DNA from: Candidatus Hydrogenedentota bacterium
GTDB taxonomy: Bacteria > Hydrogenedentota > Hydrogenedentia > Hydrogenedentales > SLHB01
Reading direction: 5' to 3'
NCBI GenBank assembly: GCA_963674865.2
Contig: CAXXYE010000009.1
Span: 1,504,001 to 1,568,000 of the forward strand
DNA: 64,000 nucleotides
In this document: positions 29,793 to 41,592 of the stretch, one piece after another
Layout: each line of letters begins with the position of its first letter
Numbering within the stretch: the first letter of the stretch is position 1
Position numbers and translations under genes: made by a program
Notes under the pieces: model-generated
The model's input: only the letters and a program-made list of their open reading frames with translations
The model's database searches: none
Told to the model about the DNA's origin: nothing

Positions 29793-30902
29793 ATGACGGA
29801 GTCAGGCACATCCCATATGCTGCGGAGCTACATCGCCCCCGGCGCGCCGGCGACGCGTTGCCCATGTGATGGCACGGAGTCGCCGATGCGCATCGAGTTC
29901 GGCTTCACGCCGCGCTGGTATCACCAACGCTGCGGCGTCGACTTTGGAGAGCGGTGGCACCGCGACCCGATCTACCGGCGCGAGAGCCTGGTGGCCATGC
30001 GCCGCGCCCTCAATGAGCATTTCCCCGCGTTGCGATTGGGCGGCGCGGACCTCGAGGATAGTCTCGGAAATCTTGACGGAGTGCATGGTGCCTTAACGGT
30101 GGCGATGATTTTCGGAATCCCGGGCGAGTACTACGCCGATAACTGGCCCGACGCAGTCCAAGCGTATCTCTCCGACGCGGAAGTCGAGGCTCTCGACGTG
30201 CCCAACCTGCCGAGTATACCTGTGTTCGCGCAGGTGCTCGAGCAGATGGATGTTATCGAGCGTGAATACGGCCGGATCGAGGGATACCTCAACTGGCAGG
30301 GCGTGCTTAACAACGCTTTCCGGCTGCGTGGGAACGGCGTGCTAACCGACTTGCTCATCATGCCCGACCTGATCCATCACCTATTCGACGTGATAACTCG
30401 GACGATGATTGAGGGGATGCGTTGTGTCTACGAGCGGCAGCGGAAGACCGGGGTGGTCGTGCGCCACGCCACCATCAGCAACTGCGTCGTCAACATGGTA
30501 TCGCCAGAGATCTACCGCGAGCACCTGATGCCCTACGACCAACGCATTTCCGATAGCTTCGAGTACTTCGGCATCCACAACTGCGCGTGGAATGTTGATC
30601 CCTACATCGAGGACTACGCGCGCATTCGCACCCTTGGCTATGTCGATATGGGCCTCGAGTCGGACTTGGCCCGCGCCAAAGCCCTCTGCCCAAACACGCG
30701 TAGGGCGCTCATGTACACACCCAAGGCTCTCGCGAGCAAGTCGCTCGACGAGTTGTATGCCGATCTTTCTCGCGTGCGCCGCGAGTTGAGTCCCTGCGAT
30801 ATCGTGATGGCGGATATCGATCACGATACGCCCGACGAACGGGTCATAGCTTTCGCCGAATTAGCCGAGAAGACGCTCGATATCCCGCCCAACGAGACGT
30901 GA
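29793..30902 (+). CDS. UroD/MtaA-like TIM-barrel protein
   Basis: GVLNNAFRLRG, MVSPEIYREHLMPYD, IHNC and DTPDERV motifs. Confidence 0.65.
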   Translation: MTESGTSHMLRSYIAPGAPATRCPCDGTESPMRIEFGFTPRWYHQRCGVDFGERWHRDPIYRRESLVAMRRALNEHFPALRLGGADLEDSLGNLDGVHGALTVAMIFGIPGEYYADNWPDAVQAYLSDAEVEALDVPNLPSIPVFAQVLEQMDVIEREYGRIEGYLNWQGVLNNAFRLRGNGVLTDLLIMPDLIHHLFDVITRTMIEGMRCVYERQRKTGVVVRHATISNCVVNMVSPEIYREHLMPYDQRISDSFEYFGIHNCAWNVDPYIEDYARIRTLGYVDMGLESDLARAKALCPNTRRALMYTPKALASKSLDELYADLSRVRRELSPCDIVMADIDHDTPDERVIAFAELAEKTLDIPPNET

Positions 30903-31012
30903 CGGGGGGGGCCATACGGCATGCATCCCTGTTCGAGTTCTCGGTGGCGATTGTGCGCGCGCCTATCTGCGCGGCGCTGTTCGGTGACCGCCAAGCCGAG
31001 GAGGGAAGAGCA

Positions 31013-32335
31013 GTGGGAACAGATGACATAGCAGCGGAAGGCGCGGCGCAACCGGCGGCGGAGTCGGCCGAGGCTATCCTCGACCGCGAAATCCAGCGGA
31101 CACAGCCCGATTACGTTGTCTACCGGCCGAAGAGCGTGGATGGCTCGACCTTTGACACGGGCAACGAGCACTTCCTCGTGTTTGACGGCCTTGATGGCTC
31201 CTTGATGGCGATCTGGACGCAGAGTAGCTACGAAGGAGCGGGCGACCACCGGATCATCTTTGCGCGCTCTCAAGACGAAGGCGTGATGTGGTCGCCGCCA
31301 CAGAGGGTGGTAGGCCCCGACAGGCCCGGCGAGGGGCGCATGGCGAGTTGGGGCTTCCCCTTGGTGTCCCAATCAGGCCGGATCTACATCCTTTGGAACC
31401 AATATCAAGGCATCGACGATGTCGTTCACCAGCACACGGGAACCATGGACGGATGCTACTCGGACGACATGGGGCGCACGTGGTCGATCCCCCAAACCAT
31501 CCCCATGAAGCGCAGCCCCCACGACCACACCGATCCGGGCGTACCGTCCAACTGGATTGTGTGGCAGAAACCCATCCGCGATCTCGAGGGACGCTGGTTC
31601 ACGGGATTCACGCGGTGGATAAGCAAGGCGGTTCGCACGCCGCCCCACAACAAGACGTGGACGGCCTGGGAAAGTGCCGTCGAGTTCATGCGTTTCGAGA
31701 ACATCGACGACGGCCCTGAGCCGAAGGATATCCGCATCGCGTATTCAGCCTGGGGCGACGAAGCTTTGCGGGTGCCGCACTACGCCAACCCGATGTTGAG
31801 CGTGGCCCAAGAGCCGAGCCTCGTAAGATTGCCGGATGAGCGCCTCTTCTGCGTGATGCGGACGATGAGCGGCTACATCTGGTACAGCCTGTCCAACGAC
31901 GACGGCCTCACCTGGTGCAATCCACGGCCGCTTCTCCGGCGCGACCACGGCCTGCCGATTCTCGAACCGCTTTGCTGTTGCCCTATTTACGAATACGAGC
32001 CGGGCCGGTACGTGCTGCTCCATCACAACAATGACGGTAGGCTCAATGGACGCGAGCCGGAAGAAACGAGCAAGAACCGCCGGCCGGCCTTTATCGCGCT
32101 CGGCGAGTACCGTCCAAAGGCGGAGCAACCCATCTGGTTCAGTGACTCGAAGGAACTAATGGACAATGACGGCATCGGAATCGGCCCGCTCAATCGGCTC
32201 GATACCGGCGTCTATCCGAGCGTCACCCACCGCGACGGCAACTTCGTGCTATGGCACCCGGATCGGAAGTTCTTTCTGCTTGGCAAGCGCATTGCGCCCG
32301 AATGGCTTGCAGATCTTGAGGCGCCTAGGGAGTAA
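31013..32335 (+). CDS. Sialidase-like / BNR (Asp-box) protein
   Basis: Asp-boxes SQDEGVMW, SDDMGRTW and SNDDGLTW; QEPSLV..CVMR and YPS motifs. Confidence 0.8.
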   Translation: MGTDDIAAEGAAQPAAESAEAILDREIQRTQPDYVVYRPKSVDGSTFDTGNEHFLVFDGLDGSLMAIWTQSSYEGAGDHRIIFARSQDEGVMWSPPQRVVGPDRPGEGRMASWGFPLVSQSGRIYILWNQYQGIDDVVHQHTGTMDGCYSDDMGRTWSIPQTIPMKRSPHDHTDPGVPSNWIVWQKPIRDLEGRWFTGFTRWISKAVRTPPHNKTWTAWESAVEFMRFENIDDGPEPKDIRIAYSAWGDEALRVPHYANPMLSVAQEPSLVRLPDERLFCVMRTMSGYIWYSLSNDDGLTWCNPRPLLRRDHGLPILEPLCCCPIYEYEPGRYVLLHHNNDGRLNGREPEETSKNRRPAFIALGEYRPKAEQPIWFSDSKELMDNDGIGIGPLNRLDTGVYPSVTHRDGNFVLWHPDRKFFLLGKRIAPEWLADLEAPRE

Positions 32336-32357
32336 CCTCGGCACTGCCCGCGCCGCG

Positions 32358-33362
32358 TTAGCCGTCTCTGTCCTCGAAGTACTCGAAGGCGTCGATGATG
32401 TCGAGGTATACGCCGTCGAAGCCGGCGTCGAGGATACGGTTCAGGTAGGCGCTTTGGCTGCCGAAGATGACGGCCTGCCATGCCGGATCCCAATACTCCA
32501 CCTTGAAGTTGCCCGGCCAGTCGGGATTCTCCTCGACCATCCAATCCGGTGGACTCGTCGTCCATGCCGGCTGCCAATAGTAGCGGTAGTCTTCCGCCTC
32601 GCCGATGCTCATATAGCACACGACGAGCCGGCGCCGGCCATTCGGTTTGGTTTGAAGCTCCGCGACCTCCGCGGCCGTGAGCGAGGTGTTGTCGCTGAAG
32701 AAAAGGTCGATGATGAAAACGTCGTATTCCGTGGCGTCCAGCGTGGCGAGGAATACGGACCTCGACGAGAATGACTCGGGATTAAGCAAGTAAAGGAAGT
32801 TTGACGCGGCGCCGAGGGTGGTTACTCCGTCGCTATGGCTGTTGTACGGCTCTGCCGGATACTCGGGAATGCTCCTGAGTTCGCGGTCATCGGCGGCAAA
32901 GGTGATGTAGCCGTGCGCGGCGCCTTGGGCATAGGAGTCGTCCACATTGGCGTGTGTTGAGCAGTAGTCCGTGACGAGTACGCTGAGCCCATTCGCGGCG
33001 GCCGCGTCCATGAAGCCGAGGAGGTAGTCGCGGTCCTGCGCCGGCGTGGCCTCGTCATCGTCGTCATAGCCGTAGAAGAGGTCTTCCCTGCCAACGCCGG
33101 CGATGGCGTCAACGTAATCTTGTGCGACGGCGCCCGTCGCCTCTCCGTTGAGGGCAAGGAGCTCGGGGCCGTTTTGAGGAATGACGAAGAAGTCGGAATC
33201 GACTGCCTTTGCATAGGCGCTTATGGCCTGGACAAAATCGCGCATGTATTGCCGGTACGGCCCCGACGGGCCATTGCTCTCGGGCCCGCCGTTGCAGCTT
33301 CCCGCCAACATGGCCCCCGCTGTTGTACACACGCCTATGATGAGGCCGTATCTGACGCGCAT
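32358..33362 (-). CDS. Endo-alpha-1,4-polygalactosaminidase-like lipoprotein (GH114/GH166-like)
   Basis: Lipobox LAGSC; IPQNG, REDLFYG, CYMSIGEAEDYRYYW and GFDGVYLD motifs. Confidence 0.85.
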   Translation of the reverse strand: MRVRYGLIIGVCTTAGAMLAGSCNGGPESNGPSGPYRQYMRDFVQAISAYAKAVDSDFFVIPQNGPELLALNGEATGAVAQDYVDAIAGVGREDLFYGYDDDDEATPAQDRDYLLGFMDAAAANGLSVLVTDYCSTHANVDDSYAQGAAHGYITFAADDRELRSIPEYPAEPYNSHSDGVTTLGAASNFLYLLNPESFSSRSVFLATLDATEYDVFIIDLFFSDNTSLTAAEVAELQTKPNGRRRLVVCYMSIGEAEDYRYYWQPAWTTSPPDWMVEENPDWPGNFKVEYWDPAWQAVIFGSQSAYLNRILDAGFDGVYLDIIDAFEYFEDRDG

Positions 33363-33426
33363 TGCCTGCCTCCCACCATCTACACCCGTTAGTGTACCAC
33401 GCGCAGGCGCCGGGCCAAGCCGGAGG

Positions 33427-34842
33427 TCAACTCGCCGTGGAGTTGATGAGTGTCTCGACGTGGCGGGCCAGCACGTCGCCGAAGAGGTCAACTTGGGAGA
33501 TGTTTCCCTGCGGATCGACGATGATCGAGGAGGGGACATCGCACACACGCAGAGCCTCTCTCAGCCGGCTCGAACGCCAAGGGCCATCGTAAATGATTGG
33601 ATGGCGAATCTGCTTCTTGGCGGCGTATTCACGGCATAGCGCCTCCGTCTTCCCCAAGCTGATGCCGAGGACGATCACTTCGCCAGGATACCTCTCGGCG
33701 AGTTCATCGAAATCGGGCAGGCTTCCGGCGCACATGAGACACCAGTGAGCGTAGAAGTGGATGACGACGACCTTTCCCCGCTGTGCGGCAAGGCTAAAGG
33801 GCTCGCTTGTCAATAGCTCTCCCTGAATGGGCGGCGCGGCTTGGCCAATTCCAAACGGCATGAAAGGCTCGAGATCCACAACGATGTCGCACACGTTTTC
33901 CACCGGCGTCTTCTCGGAAGATGGGGGAACCGTTATGGTATAGGCCGCCTCGAACGTGCGTGTCGCGCTGTTCAGAGCGAGGCGGCGGAAGCAGACGATC
34001 TCATGCTCGCCGGGCGGGACGTCGTAGAGCGCGTAGTGCCCTTCACGCGTTGTCACGTCTGACCACACCGTTGCCGGCCCTGAATCGGCCCCGCATGAGG
34101 TCGCGCAGCACCCTTGAGGCCCGGTGTCGTCGAGCCGCACCCATACGCCGTGTAGCGGCTTGCCGGCCGTGTCGGTGACCCTCCCCGTGAGGTAAGGGAG
34201 ATCCGTGCCGCCAAGCTTGGCCTTCGCCGATTCTCCTGGCGCGAGCGTCACCCTCTCTTGTTTCGTCACGACACTGCGGAAAGAGCAGCCCACCTGGGGG
34301 ACCTCGTCGATGGTTTGGATGAGGTATTGGCCGGGCAGAAGCCCGCGGAGCGTCGCCTTGCCTGCCGCATTTGTAGTGGCCGAGAGGCTGTAAGCGAAGT
34401 TGCACGCCCCGGCGAGCAATCCGGCGTGTACCACTTCGCCGCCAACAGGCTCCTTGCCTTTATATACCTCGACCTCAAGGCGGGAGGGCGCTGGGACGGT
34501 AATCTTTGTCAAGGAAGCGACTTGCGTGGTCGGAACGTAGACGCACTGATCCTCCATATCGCGCGCGAACAGGGCGAAGGCGCCCGGTTCGGCATCGGGG
34601 ATGGTGAATCGCCCGTCGTGCGCGGAGATGGCACGGGGCAGCCCTTCTGCTGCCATGATGCGGTTGCCGTTGACGCGGAATACCTGGCTATCCGGGATGG
34701 CATAGACGACGACTCCCGGCGCCGGCTTCCCATCTGCGTAGACGGCACGCCCATCAAGCCCCGCCGCGATGTCCGACAGGAGCAAGCACAATAGGCTTAC
34801 CGCAAGCCCCGCAAGCCGCACATGAACCGCGCCCAATGTCAT
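33427..34842 (-). CDS. Secreted protein with carboxypeptidase-regulatory-like beta-sandwich repeats and a C-terminal TlpA/redoxin domain
   Basis: True start MTLGAVH follows AAAGGAGG. Contains GRVTD..GKP repeats and GKVVVIHFYAHWCLMC (CxxC). The Gly-rich extension in the ORF track comes from the poly-C tract. Confidence 0.85.
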   Translation of the reverse strand: MTLGAVHVRLAGLAVSLLCLLLSDIAAGLDGRAVYADGKPAPGVVVYAIPDSQVFRVNGNRIMAAEGLPRAISAHDGRFTIPDAEPGAFALFARDMEDQCVYVPTTQVASLTKITVPAPSRLEVEVYKGKEPVGGEVVHAGLLAGACNFAYSLSATTNAAGKATLRGLLPGQYLIQTIDEVPQVGCSFRSVVTKQERVTLAPGESAKAKLGGTDLPYLTGRVTDTAGKPLHGVWVRLDDTGPQGCCATSCGADSGPATVWSDVTTREGHYALYDVPPGEHEIVCFRRLALNSATRTFEAAYTITVPPSSEKTPVENVCDIVVDLEPFMPFGIGQAAPPIQGELLTSEPFSLAAQRGKVVVIHFYAHWCLMCAGSLPDFDELAERYPGEVIVLGISLGKTEALCREYAAKKQIRHPIIYDGPWRSSRLREALRVCDVPSSIIVDPQGNISQVDLFGDVLARHVETLINSTAS

Positions 34843-34856
34843 ACGCCTTCCTCCTT

Positions 34857-36308
<1,452 letters not shown>

Positions 36309-36331
36309 GGTGCTACTCGCGCTCCTAAGGG

Positions 36332-37162
36332 TCAGTGGGTCATGGCGTACATCATGATATTCACGCCCATGGCCACGTGCTCTGCCCAGCCGTGCCTGAT
36401 CTTTCCCCTGTAGACTCCCGTCCTGATGTTGATCTCCGCCCACGCGTTCTGCATATCGGTTGCGTCAAGAAATGCAGCTACGCGGTCGCCGAGGACAAGC
36501 CCCGTCGGAGGATGGGAGGGGCCCGAGTGGATCGGCACGCCGATCTTCCTCAGGTCGTATACATTGTGCATGATCTCGTGATCTTCCGGGAGATAGCGGA
36601 CGGACCCCTCGCCGAAAATCGCATCAAGGTTTTCCCACATGCTGCGATAGAACGCCGCGCTATGATCGGGCGGGTCGGCGTCGTCCACGTGCAGGAATCC
36701 TCCGGCGGAGAGATAGGCCTTGAGATTCTCCTGCTCGATCGGCTTTAGCGTTGTCCGCCACTGGGCCACCATCAGCAGGTAGGGATACTTCCGCATGGCA
36801 GGAAGATCGTCCAACGTTACAACGCCGTTGAACTGGTATTCCTCTCCGGTTTTGGGCCTTTCATTTTCGCAATTCGGAGGGATCTTCACACGGCACCGAA
36901 CCGCCCGGGCGAGTTCCTGGAGAACGTTCTTGTCGCCGCCCGGATAGCGGTTCCAGCGATCATGGTTTGGGATGTCACAATGAAACTTCACGTGCGCCAG
37001 CAGGAAGTCGTAGTCGCCATCGTATGCGGCGTCGCCTTCCGACCTCAGGCCCGGCCAGGCCAACGCGTGCGGCGCGGCCAAAGCGGCTGCGCCTGCGCCG
37101 GCTCGAGCGAGGAAGCCCCTTCTTGTCATGTGGTTTGGCGACTTGGCCGGTTTCCGATTCAT
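36332..37162 (-). CDS. Tat-exported DUF4159 protein (copy 1)
   Basis: RRGFL Tat motif, YLSAGGFLHVDD, LPEDHEI and C-terminal MGVNIMMYAMTH. Confidence 0.85.
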   Translation of the reverse strand: MNRKPAKSPNHMTRRGFLARAGAGAAALAAPHALAWPGLRSEGDAAYDGDYDFLLAHVKFHCDIPNHDRWNRYPGGDKNVLQELARAVRCRVKIPPNCENERPKTGEEYQFNGVVTLDDLPAMRKYPYLLMVAQWRTTLKPIEQENLKAYLSAGGFLHVDDADPPDHSAAFYRSMWENLDAIFGEGSVRYLPEDHEIMHNVYDLRKIGVPIHSGPSHPPTGLVLGDRVAAFLDATDMQNAWAEINIRTGVYRGKIRHGWAEHVAMGVNIMMYAMTH

Positions 37163-37394
37163 CGCAGTTGCCCCGCAAACATCCATTTGGACGCGCGAGC
37201 GCCGTCGTTTCCGGTTTCCTGGAACCGCCACGGCTGCTGGCTCGGTATACCGTCGCCGTCATCCTCGAGCACGGCGGACTCGCTCTTCAGGAGATCCTGT
37301 TCACGGTAAACGCGGTCAATCTCCTGGCACGCATACTGAAATGCCTCTAATAAGGATACCACACCATCCTGATTCCCGTCACTGGCCGGATCCG

Positions 37395-38625
37395 CTAAGT
37401 GATCCCCAGTTTTGCGATAGGTGCATGAATAAGGGCCAAACACGAGTTTCCGACCTGTATACTGGCGAAAGTCGACCAAAACCGTCGTCAGCAGGAGGAT
37501 TTTTCATGTTTGGCCCGAGCAAGATTATGAAGTGGTTCGACCGGAATCTGCAAGAGGTGCGACGGTCGCGACGCAAGACGCTGGCCCATATCGCGGCAGG
37601 AGCCATGAAGATGAAAGGGGTCGGCGTGTTGGCGTTGGGACGCGCCATGGATGGCCCGGCACTCGCAAAGCACCGTATTAAAAGGGTGGATCGCTTCTTA
37701 GGCAATGAGCAGGTGGAAGCCTTCGCCATTGCCAAGGCGTTGTTCAACATCCTGCGAGGCCAAGACCGACGGCCCTTGGTCCTGGTCGATTGGACGGATC
37801 GCGGTGCCTTCGAACAACTGGTTCTCTCCATTCCCCAAGACGGCCGCTCTATGCCGTTCCACGCCATCTCCATCGATTCGACCAAATTCGGGACGGAAAG
37901 TGAAGGGGCTCTCATCCAAGCTGAACGAGAGATTCTGCGAGACCTGCACGCCATGTGTCCGCCCGGCGTGACTCCGATTATCGTGGCCGACCGGGGCTTC
38001 GGAAACGAGCGCTGGATACGCGATGTCACAAACTGGGGATGGTGCTTTGTGCAGCGTCTGTCCAAGAATCATTGGGTCGAAACCGAGCACCACATCGGCA
38101 CCCTCCCCGAACTGGGGATACGGCGAGGCTATCGCCCCAAAGACTGGGGCTGGGGCACGATGGGAGAAAAGGACGCCGACAACAAGACGCCCTTTCGGCT
38201 GGTCACCGTCTTCGGTTGGGAGGCCGACGAGCCGTGGTATCTCATTACAAACATTGAAGATCGCGAGGCCCGGGCCATCACATCCATCTACGCGAAGCGC
38301 TGGTGGACTGAAATGATGTTTCGAGATCTGAAGAACCGCAAATGGGGGCTCGGCATGGACGAAGTGAAACTCACCTCCCGCCAGCGCACCGCTGTGCACT
38401 TCATCATCGTCATGCTTGCCTTCATTCTTCTGTGCGCCTTCGGCGCCTTCGCCGAAACCAAAGACTTCGGCGAACAACTCAAAGCAAACACCGCCGAGAA
38501 CAGAGCCCTCTCCCTCGCCGCCACAGGAAACCACTTCATCGAATTCATCGGACGAACCACCGTTGCTATGGCCATCGCTAGATTGGTCTACGCACCTACA
38601 TAGAACCAAACTGGGGAGTACTCAG
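37395..38625 (+). mobile_element. IS4-family (IS10-like) insertion sequence, 1231 bp
   Basis: Imperfect terminal inverted repeats CTAAGTGATCCCCAGTTTT and (reverse complement) CTGAGTACTCCCCAGTTTG, 15/19 identical. The 9-bp direct repeat CCGGATCCG lies at 37386-37394 and 38626-38634. Confidence 0.93.
37506..38603 (+). CDS. IS4-family DDE transposase
   Basis: VDWT, VADRGF and the YREK motif YAKRWWTEMMFRDLK; ATG follows AGGAGG. Confidence 0.92.
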   Translation: MFGPSKIMKWFDRNLQEVRRSRRKTLAHIAAGAMKMKGVGVLALGRAMDGPALAKHRIKRVDRFLGNEQVEAFAIAKALFNILRGQDRRPLVLVDWTDRGAFEQLVLSIPQDGRSMPFHAISIDSTKFGTESEGALIQAEREILRDLHAMCPPGVTPIIVADRGFGNERWIRDVTNWGWCFVQRLSKNHWVETEHHIGTLPELGIRRGYRPKDWGWGTMGEKDADNKTPFRLVTVFGWEADEPWYLITNIEDREARAITSIYAKRWWTEMMFRDLKNRKWGLGMDEVKLTSRQRTAVHFIIVMLAFILLCAFGAFAETKDFGEQLKANTAENRALSLAATGNHFIEFIGRTTVAMAIARLVYAPT

Positions 38626-39319
38626 CCGGATCCGTGAGGGCCGGCACAAAGAAGTCGCTGAAGCGGGTGGCGTACGGCTGATCGCTCCGCGCGGCGCAGA
38701 TGACGATTCTTGTCGGGGAGGTCAGTCTCTTGATGGCAAACCCGGCTTGCGGGCAGTCCAGGATGACAAGGCTCTCGCCGGCATCGATGCGATCCAGCCA
38801 TGCGCCCAGCTCCTCGTGAGTCACGTCAGGCCCTGGCAAGTTGATGCGCAACTCGCCTCCTGCAATGTTGGCCTGTCCTGTGTAGAAGAAGACAAACCGA
38901 TCCTCTGGGCCCACGCGTTTGGCGAGTTTGCTGAGTGCGCTGCCAAGGGCCTCGCGAGTGGCGTCGTCATCGGGAGTCGAGACAAAGGAGGCGCGATCTG
39001 CAAGTACACGCAAGTTGGATGCCGGTACGCCGACGGTGTCGGTGAAGAAGCGGCGCATCCGTATGACGGCCCGATCCTTGTTCTGCTTCTCTTCCGGATC
39101 TTTGTTTACGCCTCCCAGAAGCAACACGTGAATATGCTCAGGAGCAATTCCTTCAACGGCGGCAGGTTCGGGCGTGACGTCGGCGGGTGGCATGCCCCCC
39201 GCCTCCATATCCGGCAAGACGTCCGATGGTGCCTGCGCCGGCGCGCCCGAGGCCGTCAGGAGCGTCAGCAGCAGGCCTGCCAGCCATAGCGTCTGTTTCG
39301 TCATTGTAAGGGATTCTCC

Positions 39320-41527
39320 TCAGACAAGTCCGACGGTTCGCCGCGCGAACCAGAGGGTCGACAGCACAGCGCACAGTGTCAGAAACACCGGCCATCGCGG
39401 CCACGCGCTGTGCGTTTCCTGCACCCGGCGAACGGTGGACATACTCTCGAAAGCGTCCGCCACTTCGCCCAATTCCGAGACATGCCTGTACTCCCCGCCG
39501 GTTTCCGTTGCCAACTCCTTGAGAAACGCGGCGTCCAACGCCACGTTTGCCATCTCCGTGCGCGGCAAGGGAAGGGTGGCCGTAACGACGCGTTCACCGA
39601 GGAACCTACCGTTCCTTTCGGCGGACACCCGCGCCACAAGGGCCTCGGCGCGCACGCCGTGGATGTCAGCCGAGAAACGGCCATCGACCGTTGGATCCAT
39701 GCGCAGTGTCTCGCCCTTGGCTCCAACCGTGAGCAGGACGGAAGCGTCGGCTACTCGTCGGAATCCCTCATCGTAGACGAGCGCGTCGACCGTGACGGTG
39801 TTCGGGTCCTCCGCGTCGCGCGCCGCGAAGACTTCAATGGCCGACTCACTCTCAGGTACACGTCCGACATACGTCGTTAAGCCGGAGAGCAGGCGCTGGA
39901 GAAGGCCGCCGTTCACGTCGGCGTTGTACCACTCGTAGAGGCGTCTTACGTTGAGGAGCGCTACTTGCCCTCTCCCGACGCGATGCACGTAGAGGATGGG
40001 TGTATCCTTCACCTCTGCCAAGATCGAACTCGCCGGCTTGGGCGTGAGAGCGCTGTAGTAGGGCGAGGTGACCACCGGCAGGGCCTTGAGGTCATCCATG
40101 GACAAGACGCGGCTCGACGAACCCAAGAGCGTGAGCTCTGGCACCCCTCGCCACTGAGTATCCGGCTGCGCGCTCCGGCGCTCCTCAATAGCCGGGAGCA
40201 GGGCGCGTAGCTTAGGGCTCTTGACATGGGTCGGCGCGAACTGGGCTCGCCCGGGGAGGAGGACAAGGCCGCCGCCACGATCCGCCACAAAGCTGTAGAG
40301 GCCGTCCACCTGTTCAGGCGAGAGGCCGTCGAGTTCGCACGGTCCCAAAATGACGACGTCGTAGCCGTAGTATCCCGAGGGCGATGAGGGAAGGCTTGCG
40401 CTGCCCTGCAATCTGGTATTTGAGGCAATAAGTCTCGGCTTCACGACGGCGTCTAGTCCGAAGTCCAATCGGACCTTCTTGTCCCGCACGAGGGCCTGGC
40501 GAACCTTGCCGATATCCGTGCTGGCCACCTGCGAGTAGAACAAGACCTCGATGGTAGGATCCTCGACTACGTTCACAACGGTGGATAGGACGTTGTTGGC
40601 GCGATTCACTTCATCTGCGGAAGTCTTGACGCGGGCCGTGAGAACCTGTTCGCCCAGGACCACTGCGCTCAAGTCAAACGTGACCACCGCGCCCTCGCGT
40701 TCGAGGGCTTCCGCATCAAGTGTCTTGCGGGCAACGGACATGCCATTCCGCAGCAGCTCGACTTCCAGTGTGCCGCCTGTGATGCCCTGCCCGGCCACGA
40801 GTATATCCGCCGTGTACGTCGTGTCAATCTGGACTCGTGCCGGAGCCTGGATCGACCGGACGGCCACATCGCCCCGGAGGTCCGCGCTGCCCACGCCGAC
40901 GAGGAGTATGGGGAATTCCTCGCCGCTCAAGGCCGGATAGGCGCCCGGAAGCTTAAGATTGGCTTGCCCGTCCGTGAAGATGACCGCCCCCGCCATGCGG
41001 CTCTGCGATGAGTCCGCGTCATTGAGGGAGGCCACGGCCCGCTGCAAGAGGCCCTCCTTCTGCGGAATGTAGTCCTTCAGGAGGTCAAAAACTCTTTGTA
41101 GATTGGACTGCTCGCCCCAGCGCCTGAGTCCCGCGGGGGAGTCCGCCTCATACGCACGCGTGTCGAAGCCGTGGATGCGGAAAAGCGGACTCTCGGGATC
41201 TCCCGGGCGGAACCGTGTCTGAAACGCTTTGAGGGCTTCATCGAGCCGCGTCTCGCCGTTGCCATCGGGCACGGACATGCTCTCGCTCGTGTCGAATACC
41301 GCCATCACCGTATTTCGCTGAGTCGTTTCGGTGTAGCGCGAGTTCGATGGATTCCACAGTATGACAAGGATGGCCAGTATGACGGCGACGCGTACCGCCG
41401 CGAATATCCAGCGCCAGATCTTGGCCCTGCGGAGATTCCGCGTGCGGTAGGCGAAGGCGACCACGCCCGTCAGTGCCAGCAGCATCGCGGCGGTTGCGAG
41501 ATGTCCCGGGTAGTTTGCGAGAATCAT
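39320..41527 (-). CDS. Membrane-anchored VWA plus GATase-like domain protein
   Basis: Two N-terminal TMs, DTSES MIDAS, FTDG, FVADRGGGLVLL, VGRGQV, LKELATETGGEY and a C-terminal TM with RRTVGL. Confidence 0.8.
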   Translation of the reverse strand: MILANYPGHLATAAMLLALTGVVAFAYRTRNLRRAKIWRWIFAAVRVAVILAILVILWNPSNSRYTETTQRNTVMAVFDTSESMSVPDGNGETRLDEALKAFQTRFRPGDPESPLFRIHGFDTRAYEADSPAGLRRWGEQSNLQRVFDLLKDYIPQKEGLLQRAVASLNDADSSQSRMAGAVIFTDGQANLKLPGAYPALSGEEFPILLVGVGSADLRGDVAVRSIQAPARVQIDTTYTADILVAGQGITGGTLEVELLRNGMSVARKTLDAEALEREGAVVTFDLSAVVLGEQVLTARVKTSADEVNRANNVLSTVVNVVEDPTIEVLFYSQVASTDIGKVRQALVRDKKVRLDFGLDAVVKPRLIASNTRLQGSASLPSSPSGYYGYDVVILGPCELDGLSPEQVDGLYSFVADRGGGLVLLPGRAQFAPTHVKSPKLRALLPAIEERRSAQPDTQWRGVPELTLLGSSSRVLSMDDLKALPVVTSPYYSALTPKPASSILAEVKDTPILYVHRVGRGQVALLNVRRLYEWYNADVNGGLLQRLLSGLTTYVGRVPESESAIEVFAARDAEDPNTVTVDALVYDEGFRRVADASVLLTVGAKGETLRMDPTVDGRFSADIHGVRAEALVARVSAERNGRFLGERVVTATLPLPRTEMANVALDAAFLKELATETGGEYRHVSELGEVADAFESMSTVRRVQETHSAWPRWPVFLTLCAVLSTLWFARRTVGLV

Positions 41528-41592
41528 CGGCCTTCGTCCAATCGGCCTGATTGCGTCTGTGTGAGATGGCTCAACACGTGCTTCCTATGCGT

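Larger units (their letters stand above)
37159..39304 (-). pseudogene. Secreted caspase/legumain-fold protein split by an IS4-family element
   Basis: The 5' part (39304-38626) ends FVPALTDP. The 3' part resumes ASDGNQDGVVSLLEAF...QLR*. Removing the IS and one TSD copy restores a 301-aa in-frame ORF. Confidence 0.88.

Noticed and set aside
37128..37505. N-terminal extension of the 491-aa transposase ORF
   Set aside because: It crosses the IS left end into host sequence. The real start is likely 37506, after AGGAGG.
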